Positions 48,566 through 60,960 of a stretch of 64,000 nucleotides of DNA are shown one piece after another (positions within the stretch are counted from its first letter, which is position 1; the number at the start of each line of letters is the position of its first letter). A program made the position numbers and the translations under genes. A model generated the notes under the pieces. That model saw only the letters and a list, made by a program, of their open reading frames with translations, did not search any database and had not been told where the DNA came from. This DNA is from Paecilomyces variotii (taxonomy: Eukaryota), in the NCBI GenBank assembly GCA_004022145.1, contig RCNU01000005.1, one strand, 5' to 3'.

Positions 48566-49488
48566 ATGGCGGCCAACGCTCTCTACAATGTCTACAAGTG
48601 GGTGATCCCCGCCACCGGTGGCGTCTGGCTCATCCAGAACTCCATGTACGATGTTAAGGGCGGTTCGCGCGCCGTCATCTTCGACCGGATGTCGGGTGTG
48701 CAGGAGAAGGTTGTCAACGAGGGTACACATTTCCTGGTTCCTTGGCTGCAGAAGGCAATCGTCTACGATGTGCGGACGAAGCCTCGAAACATCTCCACGA
48801 CGACGGGGAGTAAGGACTTGCAGATGGTCAGCCTCACTCTGCGAGTGCTTCATCGACCAGAAGTTCCCAAGCTTCCTCAGATCTATCAGGTATGTTGTTT
48901 TCCTGTGTGACGGCATGTCTTTGGAATAAAAAGAAAACATCGAGGATTCGAGCTAACGCTCGATCCCAGTCCTATGGTACAGACTATGACGAGCGTGTTC
49001 TGCCTTCGATCGGAAACGAAGTCCTGAAAGCCATCGTCGCTCAATTCGACGCCGCCGAACTCATCACCCAGCGTGAAGCCGTCTCGAACCGCATCCGCAC
49101 CGAGCTGATGCGCCGTGCGCAGCAGTTCAACATCGCCCTGGAGGACGTTTCCATCACGCACATGACCTTCGGCCGCGAGTTCACCCGTGCTGTCGAACAG
49201 AAGCAGATCGCACAGCAGGACGCCGAGCGGGCACGCTTCATCGTCGAGAAGGCTGAGCAGGAGCGTCAGGCCAACGTTATCCGCGCAGAGGGAGAGGCTG
49301 AGAGTGCCGACATCATCAGCAAGGCTGTTGCCAAGGCCGGAGATGGCCTGATCCAGATCCGTCGTATCGATGCCAGCAAGGAGATCGCCGCGACGTTGGC
49401 TCAGAACCCGAACGTTACCTACCTTCCAGGCGGAGAGAGCAAGGATGGTGGAAAGAGCACGAGTCTCCTGCTTGGTCTGCGGGGTTAG
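48566..49488 (+). CDS. phb1: Prohibitin 1, one intron
   Basis: [79 protein letters not shown]. Confidence 0.95.
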
Positions 49489-49973
49489 ATTGGGGACTCT
49501 AGGATGATTGCGGTGGAGACTTGAAAATTATTAAAATGAGGACGCAGCGGGACCCTCTCGGATATGAGGAAAGATAATAAGGGAAAAGAAATATCCACGA
49601 AGATTATCATAAGCCTGTGTGCATTGGCTGTATGGGTTTCGGAAGACATGATACTGGGGATGTTACATTCTGTACCCCTAAGCGCTTTTAACCTCTTGTA
49701 GCAATATATTCCTCTTTACTCTTCTCAAGTGACTCATATACATCCAGAACAAACACTATCCAATCATGGATGGAGTTCAGGGGACTGATATACGACCTAA
49801 TCCTAAATCAACCTCGCTTCTCTTTCCGATGAAGAGTTATTTTCTATCCAATGACCGGAGATCTTTCCCCCTCTTTCCCAATTGAAACAGATATACATAT
49901 ACACCAAAAAGTAACATCTATATAAAACCCCCAGAGTATCCCAATCCAAAACCCACCAAACAACAAAAAAGAT

Positions 49974-51455
49974 TCACGTTTCCAAACGCTTATAAACATG
50001 AATCTGAAACCTCATATCCTCCAACCCAGCCCCCTCTCCAACAGCGTACCTCAACTTCGCTGCATCTCTTCGAAACCAGCGCGAATCCTGCGAGAGAACC
50101 TTATCCCACTTCCCTGCCGCAACAGAAAGAAGGGTATGATCCAGAAGGAATTTCATAGGATAGTTTCTCTGCTGTGGTTTATCTGGCTCTGACGACGATT
50201 CGGACTCGGGTTTAGTTGTTGAACTCTTGCTTTTCCCCAAAGTAACAGTAGAGTAACTGCCAGGACTATCAACCACGAGGAGAACAGTGCCTGGTTCGAG
50301 AAGGTCGGTGATTCGAAGGAGAAATGCGGTCGTTTTGGCCATGGATACGGAGAATAGTTCGTTTAATGTGAACATGAGTGTGACGAGGATGGTGTTTGAG
50401 TTGTTGTCTTTGTGAAGGATGCTTCGCAACTCAGCGTCGGAAAGAGTGAGGATGTCTGATTTCTGGAATGAGATGGAGAATAAGCTCCCTCTGTGAGAAT
50501 CGTCCTGAGGGGGTAGTAGCGGTGCTGGATGGGCCTTTGAGCCCGGGATATCAGACGATCTGATAGTGGAGGATAAGCGGTTCACGACAGAAGACCAATC
50601 TGCGATATCGACTGCTGTGATTGAGATGTTGGGAATAGAAGAAACCTCGACTTGTAGAGACCTGCCTGGGTCTTCTTTCGTCAAGGTCATTTCTCCAACA
50701 GCGCTGGATATGGACTGTGCATCATCATCACCACCACCACCACCACCTTCCCCTCCATCTTTCTCAGCCTCAGTCCCATTACCCTGCCTTCCCAACTTCC
50801 CTCGCTCCTCCTCATCCATCAAATCCCTCCAAACACACGCAAGAGCAACAATCTCCGCTCCCGCGCCCCCTCCTATACACAGCACATGCCCATCCCTCCT
50901 CCTCCTCCTCCTCTTGACCACCACTTCACCCCCACTCATCCCCTCATCATCAACCTCTCTCTTCTTCTTGAACTCAAGAATCCCCGATCCCACAACCCCC
51001 CTAAAAATCCCCGCATACCCTAACGCCCTACTCGCGCTCCATCGTAGCGCATAAGCTCTCAATAACTCCTCATTCGCATCGGTGAACGCAGAGTCGAAAT
51101 CTCGATTATATAAATGCGATTTGATGGTTTGGATGAGTGTTTTCATATCCAATTCTTCTTCTTTTTCTTCTCTTCCGTTTTCTTGTCCAGCATCATAACT
51201 TGAACGAAGTAATCCAGCTTTGAAAATATTCAAAAGTAACTGCTGTAATGAAATGGGGATTGTGATAGAGAGGTCTATTTTCTCTTCTTCCTTTTCGTTT
51301 CCGAGTCGTCGTTGTTGTTGTCTTTCTCCTTCTTGATGGTTTGCTCTGCGGGATGTCGTTGGAGTTTGCTTCTTCTGCTGCTTCTGCTTCCCTTCTTTGT
51401 TATTTGTATTAGAAGAGGTTCCTTTTCGAGGTGGGGCACGGCGTGGTGGACCCAT
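49974..51455 (-). CDS. 25S rRNA uridine-N3 methyltransferase, Bmt6/DUF3115-like
   Basis: IKSHLYNRDF..AF, AYALRWSASRALGY, SAM-binding VLCIGGGAGAE, VDIADWS, TLMFTLNELF, LLVVDSPGSYS, YPMKFLLD, LEDMRFQIHVY. Confidence 0.85.
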   Translation of the reverse strand: MGPPRRAPPRKGTSSNTNNKEGKQKQQKKQTPTTSRRANHQEGERQQQRRLGNEKEEEKIDLSITIPISLQQLLLNIFKAGLLRSSYDAGQENGREEKEEELDMKTLIQTIKSHLYNRDFDSAFTDANEELLRAYALRWSASRALGYAGIFRGVVGSGILEFKKKREVDDEGMSGGEVVVKRRRRRRDGHVLCIGGGAGAEIVALACVWRDLMDEEERGKLGRQGNGTEAEKDGGEGGGGGGDDDAQSISSAVGEMTLTKEDPGRSLQVEVSSIPNISITAVDIADWSSVVNRLSSTIRSSDIPGSKAHPAPLLPPQDDSHRGSLFSISFQKSDILTLSDAELRSILHKDNNSNTILVTLMFTLNELFSVSMAKTTAFLLRITDLLEPGTVLLVVDSPGSYSTVTLGKSKSSTTKPESESSSEPDKPQQRNYPMKFLLDHTLLSVAAGKWDKVLSQDSRWFRRDAAKLRYAVGEGAGLEDMRFQIHVYKRLET

Positions 51456-52567
51456 TTTATATATATATATATATCGTTCTTATTTATTGATCTTTTTTTT
51501 TTTTCTTTTCGGTGGTTCAAACTTCATGACAAGACTTTTTTTTTTGGCGATTTGCCGTTTAGATTTTTGGCTCGGTCACTGTGGAGCTTAAATACTCTAC
51601 ACACCCCACATCCCGTAGTTAACTTAGATGCTCCAAGTAACTATGCTTTAGGTAGATGACACAGATATCGATCAATATACTGTAAATACAAACTTCTCTA
51701 TCATTTCGATCGTGCATACACCCGGAATGTTCCTAATTGTTGTTTCGGTGCTGGATGAGATTATCCAGTTGATTTCTGGTGTTGTCGATACGCTACCTTT
51801 TATCTAAATCTCCCTCACTTATCCTACTGATAGATGCGCGATTAAATGTATACCGGTGACAACCACATTGTGGCTTTGCATTGCTATGTCTGTGGAAGTA
51901 TATCCCAAGAAACCCCTCAAGGAAGATGCTCCAGCCGCTTAGAAAGAGGCGAAGATTGAAAATAAAAAGATTCCCGCCGCTGGCTCCTAAACTCTCGACA
52001 GAAATGGGCCCTGACAGAAAAAAAAGACCTCCCGGAATGAAACCTCGGGGGAGAAAATGAAAAAGAGAAATAAAAAGAAGACCGAGGCTCTGGTGGAACG
52101 AACGTGGCGAAGGTAGATACAATGCTAAACTCGAACAATCAATGGACATGTTAACATCTGTTCACGCTAACAAAGAGGGGACATCAACGAGAGAAGGCGA
52201 AGAGAATAAGAGTCCAGACACCTGAAGTCATAAATAGACAGACCGAAAAGAGAAAACGCATATAAATGTTCAAACAAGAGGGTTCAATAAAAAATACGCC
52301 CATCCTGATCAAGTAAAAGAGAAATTAAATCAGTCAACATCGGCCACTGAGCATATGTACAGATGGCGAATGAAGAAACAACGTTTTATGTGAAGATGGA
52401 GGAGAGAGCCGAGATCCGAGAGTAATAAATAAGGAAAATGCGTTTCCATAAATCAATATCCCATCCGCCATGGTATCGTGCCGTACAAGGTTGCGCCGAA
52501 AACATCAGACCAGAAAAAAGAGAAAAAGCAGCAGCAAGAGCATGATCAGAAACGGTGAGGACCCTCT

Positions 52568-55207
52568 CTAATCTCCATTTGTCCTGTGCTTATCCTTTTC
52601 TCTGATTTTCCAGAAATGCATCAGCCGGCTGATCCTATGACCTTTCTTTTTCAGCTTCTCGGTTTCATCACCAGACGCCTTCATTTCGTAACTGAGCTTG
52701 CTCTTCTCCCCGTGCGAACCGACGACCAGCTTCGAAAGGCTGGCCAGGCTTGACCGTTTCGTGGCGTTGGAACGGCTGGTGCGACGGGGCACAGGAGCAG
52801 AGTAAGACGCTGCGCGTTCGCCTCCAGGGCGGAAATTGAAGGTGGTAGAAAACCGCGGCAGGTTGCTGGTCATCGTAGACGTGCTGCTAGTCAAGGATGG
52901 GACATCCTCGACCGAGCCATGCGGGTATTCGACTTGAGGATCGTTACTGTACAGCGAATGGGATATATTGCGGTCGGTCATCGACGAGGCGGTTGCGGAA
53001 CGGGGAGCTTCAGACGGATCGGGAGAGGGAAAAGCTGAATTCACTCGAGCGTCTCCTGGTAGTGACAGATGAGGGATGTTAAACGCCAAGTCAGCGGACG
53101 AGGTGTCAGGCCGCTTATCAGCCGGGACAAAACGAGGAGACACATCCGGACTATCAAACTTGCGGTGATAAGCGTCATGGGGAACGATCTCAACCGAAGA
53201 TTTCCGGGCGAAGGGCGATGACATAGTCACATCATCCTGAGCTTTTACACTCTCATCTCGGGTCTCAAAGTCGTCTCTCGGGCGTGAGGAAGTGGAGTGA
53301 GAGGATAAGACATCATTTGGCACCGAAAGCCGAATCCCCAAGCCTTGGTCGTGAACGGATGTGCTGCTATCTGCTGCGACTGGCGTGACGGTAGCTGAAG
53401 TATCGTTGCTAGAGGACTCGTCGGCGGGCTTTTCAGCCACATCAGACTGACCAACTTCCTTAAGAGCTGGCACCTGCTCTCCTCCTGGAGATTGGTTGCC
53501 AGCAAGGAAGGCATCCTCTTCTTCTTCGTAGAACACGTCTGGAACTGGCATGGCAGGATTAGCACCAGCCAAGCGAGCAGTAGCCAAGAAACTTCGGTCA
53601 AATGGAGGCATCTCAGGGGCGCTTTCTGCACGTCGATGATAGCGCATCTCAGGTCCAACAAACTCGCCGCGTCGACCACCACTGTACATGCGCCTGGTAG
53701 CAACCGAGAAGGAACTACCAGCAACACGGTCAGAGCTCATCTCCGGGGTGTTGAACGGACCCAGAGCGGCATCCAGGTCGATAACCGGGCTAAACATGTC
53801 ATTGTCTACATTTTGTTCGTAGAAGCTCTTCGGTTTCCATGCACTCTCCAGCGACGAGGCATCAGTGTTCAAGGGAGGAAGAGGCGGTCGAGGAGAGGTA
53901 GGATTAGTAGGGGTCCTGATAATGACAGTGTTATCTTCATCAAAGTCGACTTCGGCCAATGATCCGACCTCTGAGTTTGTCCGAATGAGGATGGGCCGCG
54001 GGGGAGGTGACTTGGTGGTGGGTGATTTCTTTGAGTGATGTTTCTTGCCCTTGCCCCTGGTGAGAATGGCGCCAGCCCACGACCGCACCTTTTTCTGCCG
54101 TTTCTGAGCCTTGCTGCGGAGGTGAGATTTGTGCTTGGACTTGGATTCGTCCTCCACGGTAGTGTCGGATGAGTCGCTGTCTGAAGAAGCCCGGGAGGAA
54201 CCGGCCCCCTCATTGGCAGCATCCCAGTTGTCCCTCTCCAGGTTCGGAGACTGGATATCTGAGAATGACGCACGGCGGGACGGTGGAGCAGCGGCTGATA
54301 CAGGGCGTCTCCATGCATTTTCCGAAGATCCGCCAGCCCCAAACTGAAACAAGGCCAGAGAGGAGTCTGCCGTCTTCGGTCTCGGTCTGAGCGGCTGGTT
54401 GGGAGAGTTCTTTGTCGTGGATATGGAAGCGTCACTGATGACAGTTTGAGTCGGTCGAATCGTCGTTAGGCTGCTGGAGGTCTCTGCGGAAATGGTTGAC
54501 AGGGGGCGTGGAGCAGCGGTGGGCCTCTCCGCAGACTCAAGTTTCTCAGTCGACCCCGACTGCTCTTCTACCTTGGCAGGAGAAGCCGGAGGGGTCGACT
54601 GACGCGGGCTGGGGACAGAACAGGATGTTGGCCGGGCCATTTCATCACACAGGTCGTGCTGTTGCTTCATGTCGGCCGGGGTCGAGGGAGCACTGCCCAC
54701 GAGGGGCATGCCCGGAAAGGCCTTGGTGATGGCAGTCAGATCCATGCTGGAGACCGCTGCTGAGCGGCGATGAGCATGACCACGTCTCCCTGGTCCAGCA
54801 CCACTGAGACCGGGGCCTGGAAGGGGCAGTGTCGTTGAGCCAGTGCTGTTGTCCGTTTTGCCTGGAGGACTCGACCCTAAGCCGGAACCGCCAACGGGAT
54901 TGAACTCCGTGGCCCGACGACGGTGCCCGCCAGCGCGTGCATGCGCCGGCATCGCAGACGTCGATGCCGTCGGAGCGTGACCATTGCCCGGGTTGAACGA
55001 GAAGGCAGGCAGCGGGGGCGGAGCAGACGATTCATCCTCCCTGGCCGTGGACGGGGCATCCGGTTCTCGAGCGGGGAAGACGAAAGGCGGATTAGGCAGA
55101 GGCGCAGGTACGGCCAAATGATTATGTCTGAGATTCGACGTATGCGCATTGCTCAGCTGTTCCGTCAGCGCTGAGATGGGGCGCTGAGAGAGTGAAATCG
55201 AAGCCAT
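52568..55207 (-). CDS. Conserved Pro/Ser-rich disordered fungal protein (often labelled 'cell wall proline-rich protein')
   Basis: 879-aa ORF with LPNPPFVFPA, LPAFSFNPG, RRGHAHRRSAAVSSMDL, KKVRSWAGAIL, PVIDLDAALGPFNTP, HRRAESAPEM, KRSSLASLSKL; no signal peptide. Confidence 0.85.
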   Translation of the reverse strand: MASISLSQRPISALTEQLSNAHTSNLRHNHLAVPAPLPNPPFVFPAREPDAPSTAREDESSAPPPLPAFSFNPGNGHAPTASTSAMPAHARAGGHRRRATEFNPVGGSGLGSSPPGKTDNSTGSTTLPLPGPGLSGAGPGRRGHAHRRSAAVSSMDLTAITKAFPGMPLVGSAPSTPADMKQQHDLCDEMARPTSCSVPSPRQSTPPASPAKVEEQSGSTEKLESAERPTAAPRPLSTISAETSSSLTTIRPTQTVISDASISTTKNSPNQPLRPRPKTADSSLALFQFGAGGSSENAWRRPVSAAAPPSRRASFSDIQSPNLERDNWDAANEGAGSSRASSDSDSSDTTVEDESKSKHKSHLRSKAQKRQKKVRSWAGAILTRGKGKKHHSKKSPTTKSPPPRPILIRTNSEVGSLAEVDFDEDNTVIIRTPTNPTSPRPPLPPLNTDASSLESAWKPKSFYEQNVDNDMFSPVIDLDAALGPFNTPEMSSDRVAGSSFSVATRRMYSGGRRGEFVGPEMRYHRRAESAPEMPPFDRSFLATARLAGANPAMPVPDVFYEEEEDAFLAGNQSPGGEQVPALKEVGQSDVAEKPADESSSNDTSATVTPVAADSSTSVHDQGLGIRLSVPNDVLSSHSTSSRPRDDFETRDESVKAQDDVTMSSPFARKSSVEIVPHDAYHRKFDSPDVSPRFVPADKRPDTSSADLAFNIPHLSLPGDARVNSAFPSPDPSEAPRSATASSMTDRNISHSLYSNDPQVEYPHGSVEDVPSLTSSTSTMTSNLPRFSTTFNFRPGGERAASYSAPVPRRTSRSNATKRSSLASLSKLVVGSHGEKSKLSYEMKASGDETEKLKKKGHRISRLMHFWKIREKDKHRTNGD

Positions 55208-58200
55208 GGCGACAATGCAGCGATATTCGTTTGTGAGCGTTGGTGTCTCGAGATCAGCTGGGCAACCGTAATCGTTCCTTTTGTTCTTTTTTTTTTGTAA
55301 ATCGTCCTCCTAGGGATCCAGACGCACCAGGCCTCCAGACCACTGCAACTTCCCGACGGGCGGACGTGGGAAAGTTCAACTCTGGCTGGAGGCCTTTAAT
55401 CTCTCACTGCTGGCATTTGACACTGGGAGCTGTTTCCCAACCGTGATGACCGTCTTCTTCTTCCCGATCGTATCTGGCAGTTGTCTCGTCTCGTGGGTGG
55501 TTCGTTATATCCTAGAGGGACGGTCGGTTAGGCGATGAGATGGGGAGGAAGACGGTCGGGAAAAGGCGGTTGTCGGAGTCGGGAGGGAGCTGTAAGGAGC
55601 GGACGGCCACGAAGACGGGCCAAAGAGGCGAGGAAGGAGGGAGATGAAGGGAGAAAAAGCAGCAGCAGCGGGGATAGCTGGAGGAGGAGGGAAAAGAAGA
55701 TGAAGAAAGATGAAGCTGGAAGGAATAAAGAAACTGGCCACGACGTGGAGGCGAGCGAACAGGCAGTGATGGTTGTTTTGAGGGTGGAGGGAAAGGATGG
55801 AGCCGGGCTGGGTGGCTGGGGACAGGCTGATTGGCTGCGGCCACGCGGTGCGGAGGCCGTTCCTTTTTTCGCCTTTTTGCTTGTTCGCTAGAAGAGAGTC
55901 AACTATTTGATTAGTTGATTAATTAATTTATTAATTAATCGGCAGTAAGGAAGATGGCAGAGAGAGTATTGTTATTTTTTAATTATTATTATTGTTAGGG
56001 GGTTGTATTATTTTCTTGTTCTGGCGTGGTGCAGGGATAACTAACTAGGGTGCAGGAATCATCATAATCAGAATGATAACCAGCTGCTAAGCTATCTATC
56101 TGGCTCACTTTCTCTTCCTACCTAATCTCTCTCTCACCCTCTCTCTCTCGCTCTCTCTCTCTCTGCAGGCGGATTACGCGGGAAGGCAGCAGCCATTTTG
56201 TGATCTCCGGACGTCATGACCCGCGAGTGTGCCGTGTAATACTAATAACCAACTAAGTTATCCTTTCCGTCTTCTCCATCTGTATTTAGTTACTCTATCT
56301 ACTCTAGTAACTAGTATCTCCATCGCCATCTCCAGTTCTTCTTCTTTTTATTTCTTTTCTTCTTTACTTCTTTTCTTTTCTTTCCTCTCTCTCTCTCTCT
56401 CTGTCTCTCTCAACTTCTCAACTTTCTTCTGTCTCCCCCAAAGACCCGCTTTTTCGATCCACCTGACCGGCGCCAAGGCTGCATGTGCGCTAGTGCCGTG
56501 TCCAGATCCGCCAATCACATCGCCTGCTGGCTCATCGAAATCTCGCTTGTCTCAGGAGTTCCGTCGACGGTCGCCCCCCCTCTCGGCCTGCTTTGCTCTC
56601 TGCTCTCGCTCTCTCGTCGGCAGTTTGAGTCTGAGTCCTGTTGAGAGTCACAGCAACCGACATGTTTCTACTCGAGAGGATGGTAGAGGAGGCAGCCTTG
56701 ATGCATGTCGCCTATCTTGTCGTGACTACTCTACGCAGGGGAAGGGTAGATAGCTAACTTAGGATGCATTAGGGTCCAGTTCGTACTCGAACTCGTAATA
56801 GTAGTACCATACCATAGACTACCCCGTAATCCAGAGATAAGACACGACACACGACACACGACACAGCACGACAGATAGATACTCGAAATGGCCTGAAACA
56901 CGACTCACCGCAGTCGAGTAACATACCTGAAAAGAGACACAGATCCACTGTGTTTTTTTTCTGTACTGTACTAACTATACTATAATTACCATAGAAGAAA
57001 GAAATAATAGTGAATAGTTAATACAATAATAATACTAGAGAACTAATAATAATAATCCTCAGCAAAAAAGGCCCCAGCAAAAGCGGAGAATATCTAGGAC
57101 CCCCGTCGTGTCAATGGACAATCCTCATTTCGTCTGTCTCTCCCTTTTCTGTCCGGCTGCGAAGTCAACTAGTAGTACCATAAACCCAGCACGAGCCAAA
57201 CCCTGGAGAGATCCGTCTCTCTGCGCCACCCCGACCCGTTCAAGGTTCACCTAACAATCCATCTAGCTGGGCAACAAGACTCTCTCTCTTATCTCTATTT
57301 CCCGTTTTCTCTCTCTCGCTTCCTTATCTCCCCATCATCACTGCAGGGAAAGACAAAAATAAATAAATAACAAAACCTGACACAGAAAAGAATAACCTAC
57401 AATCCTGAAATGATGGTGCCTGAGGAAGAGACACAGGACGCGATGGCCGACCGTTCACCAGACTAGATCGCTAGTCAGGTCTCTAGTCAGGAACAAGAGT
57501 CTAATAATAATAATAATAATAATAAGACCAGCAACACTACTAACTAACTCGCCCGTATCCACGTAAACTAATTTAAACCCGATATTACCGCCCTGTACTC
57601 TTGGCGTAAGATTTCAGGGACTGCTTCGAGTTTGGGATTCATTATTATTATTAGTTAATCTTCATTTTATCCAGGCAGCGCAATAACAATAACAATAAAA
57701 ATAAAATAAAAATAAAAATAAAAATCGACAACGAATGCTGGGGTGAGGTAGATAACTTAATCACACGAGGCTGGCTGCGTTTTCTCGCTACATGGCCTTT
57801 TTGAGTTCAACGCCCACGGCCATCCCCGAGGTTCCAGGCCCGTTAGAGGCGTCGCTGCAACATTCCAAAACGATAAAGATAAATCAACTACCTTATGCTC
57901 ATGCTAAGTTAACTGTTGCGGGAAGAGCCCCTAAGTCACGGATATGCATTATAATAACCAGCAACTAACTAGTAATAATACTTCTTATGCAAAAAGTCCT
58001 TCTTGTACAACAATTTCCGTAGCATTTCTCCATAATAATGATTCTTAATTAGTTACTACATGGCATCACTGTATTCCGGAGTCCGAGGTCCGCATGCTGT
58101 TTAACCCAGGCTACATGTCTAGTACGGAAATATCATTGATTCTCTCTCTAAGCCAATCGAGTCGAGCTCTGGCTCAAAAGAGATTAGTGTAGAGCGGCCT

Positions 58201-60434
58201 TGTACTATCAATGCACAGTACTCGTAACACTCTATCTATAATTATCCAAGCCTTTCCTCTCTCTTCCTTGACTTGATGCTATGTAGTCGACTAACGGCAA
58301 GTTAACCTGTCCCTTTCCTTATCCGTATAATTCGTATTGACCATCTAAGTTAACTACGTACAGGTCTACGACAAATACGAAGTAGACTAGACTACGAAGT
58401 ACACTAACTCCCCTCCCCTCTAGTCTCGTCTAACCTCCAGCGCCGTCTCTCCATCTCCCCCAGATGGCCCATGTGCCGTCAGATCGACCGTCTTTTCCTC
58501 ACTCGACGAACAAATGGGGGCGCCTCGTACGTCAGAGCGGTTGGAGTCTGTTGTTTCACCCTGTGTTACGACCACCTGTTGATCAGGGAACGGTGCCGGT
58601 TGCGCAATCGACGATCATGCTCTGTCGCGGAGGGAGGGGAAACGGAAGAGAGAGGGGGGGGGTGTCTTTGCTCTAGATAGCTCTCCCGTTCTTTAGTTAG
58701 TGACGCGGGATTTTACTTGGATAGCATACGGGGTACGGATACACAGTGCACTAAGTACTAGTTACACAGTTCAGATTCACCTATGACCTGTCTATCTTAT
58801 TCTATCGCCCCGTCTATCCCGTCCTGATTTTCTATTTTTGAAATCAAGATACTCCCGACCCGGGCGGACTCCGGAGAAATAAGCAAATAAGCATGAAATC
58901 ATGAAAGCGGGATGACACGAGATCATCATATGAGATGAACCTACCTATCCGCCAACCAGTCGTGAGAATAATGATCAACTAACTAATCAGCCTTCCGTTC
59001 CGCACGGACAGTGTTCAACTTGTCCAGTCTCCAAGGCATCTCACCAGATAGCCTTCGAGGGCCTGATGTTCTCCATATCTTAGTCTACACAGCCCATCAC
59101 GAATATCCAATCCTCCGCGTTGCAGAAAGAACAACAAAAGCCGCTGCGGTTCATTCTGTGCCATGTGACTTGAAACCCAGGTTTCCATTTCCACGACTGC
59201 AGAATCTTGAGGTGGAATGTACTGTAATTTGGTAGCTGGCTCTGTCTATTCATCGTATCCTCTTCCTATTCCTCCCCCATTCGCATGGTGAAGTCCTCCC
59301 GGTCCGTACATTCTTTCGTATTCACGCTGGGAAGGGAGTATTCATTCCTGTCCAACCCCGATTTCTTATCTGCCCTCCTCCTCGGGCATAAAAAGATGTC
59401 TCTGTCGCCTTCCTCTACTCTTCATTATATACTGGATTCGAATTTGATATACAGTTACGTGATTGCGGATAGCGCTCCGCCGCAGGTACCTAGTATAACT
59501 TCATAATTTGTACCATCCCGTAATAGCCGGCGAAAGAGCCCCTCTATTCGAAGACAAGCATTTCTTCTTTTTGCGACCTGACCTTTCCACACCCTGATCG
59601 CGACTCTAAGTGTACAATCTTTTTAGACGACTGGTATAAAGTCTAGAGGCTGGCGGGTGAAACAGCCCTAGGTTCTCTAAAGCCAGGTGCATTGGATCAG
59701 ATTCTTGATGATATTCTTGATAAAATCGGTTCCAAAACTACTGCACAAGAACTGCGACAACGATCCATTATAGATGGATTCCGCGATGGCCCCCATATCT
59801 CTGGCTGGTGGGCCAAATGGGATACGGATGGTGGGATAACACCGTGTCTTGCTCGCGCAGTATGGGAGCAATCCATACCATCTGATCGATAAAGAGGGCA
59901 TGCATCCCGAGCAAAACCCAGACACGCTCATGGACTACACCATTATGCACGTATCTGAGCTGGCGATAACGAGATTTAAGGATATAGACCTTAGAGAGGC
60001 ACTGAACCAACAGATACAGGAAGCACTAACCGACCCACCCTAAATTTTTCCATATAGATATATTTTGAATACAAGACCTCTATTTTGGATTCAGGATACC
60101 TTTTGATTTTAATCATGCCATCTTTCTCTCCCGCCAGAAACTTTTCAAGAATCACGCCTGTCGACATATCGCTCGCAAAAAGAAGCAAAAGCGAGCATTC
60201 GAGCTGGATAATGAACCAACTACGATTCATACGATACCGCAAATTTTCTGATGTCCCACCGCACACGTGGTGATAGAGTCAAAGAGTACAATCCTACCAG
60301 ACCATGTAGTCCCATATAAGGAAAGGCATTTTACATCTGAGTATGTTCAGCCATTGTCTCATGTTGCTATGGAAGTCGTTCGATTTTCTTTCTGATACTC
60401 TATTCCATTTAGTTACATTAATCTTATCTCCGAT

Positions 60435-60960
60435 ATGCAAGAAAACGGTCTTCTCTATGCAGAGGATCACGACGGACGCAAGAGACTGTGCATCCCGCAA
60501 GCGGTATTGCCCGAAATTCTACGGCTTGCCCACGGTGACGCCGGTCACCCAGACTTCGAACGAACTCTCAAGCGCTTGGACGGCCTCATCATCTCACGTT
60601 GCAGCAAAAATCTCCGCAATTATATCAAATACTGTCCACAATGCATACTCAACAAGACGAGACGACACAAGCCTTACGGCTCACTGCAGCCTATACTCAC
60701 GCCACCAATACCCTTCCATACAATCACAATTGACTACATTCTGGGCCTCCCCGAATCTGGTCAACTTGATTGTTGTATGTCTGTCACGAGTAAATTTACT
60801 AAACGCGTGACCTTCATCCCAGGCGCAGCCATATGGACCGCTGGACAATGGGCAGAAGCATTACTTGAACGGCTTCGCCTAGGAGATTGGGGTATCCCGC
60901 GAGCTATTATTTCGGATCGCGATAGAAAGTTCTTATCAGAACTATGGCGTTCGCTTTTCC
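60435..60960 (+). mobile_element. Truncated Ty3/Gypsy LTR-retrotransposon integrase fragment
   Basis: RLCIP...AHGDAGH...CPQC (HHCC zinc finger), RHKPYGSLQPI..PPIPFHTITIDYILGLP, KFTKRVTFIPG, WGIPRAIISDRDRKFLSELW. Similarity stops before the third catalytic residue region; no RT, RNase H or LTR found. Confidence 0.9.

Noticed and set aside
55917-55940. 11-bp inverted repeat GATTAATTAAT-TT-ATTAATTAATC
   Set aside because: Explained by low-complexity (TTAA)n sequence; no element features.
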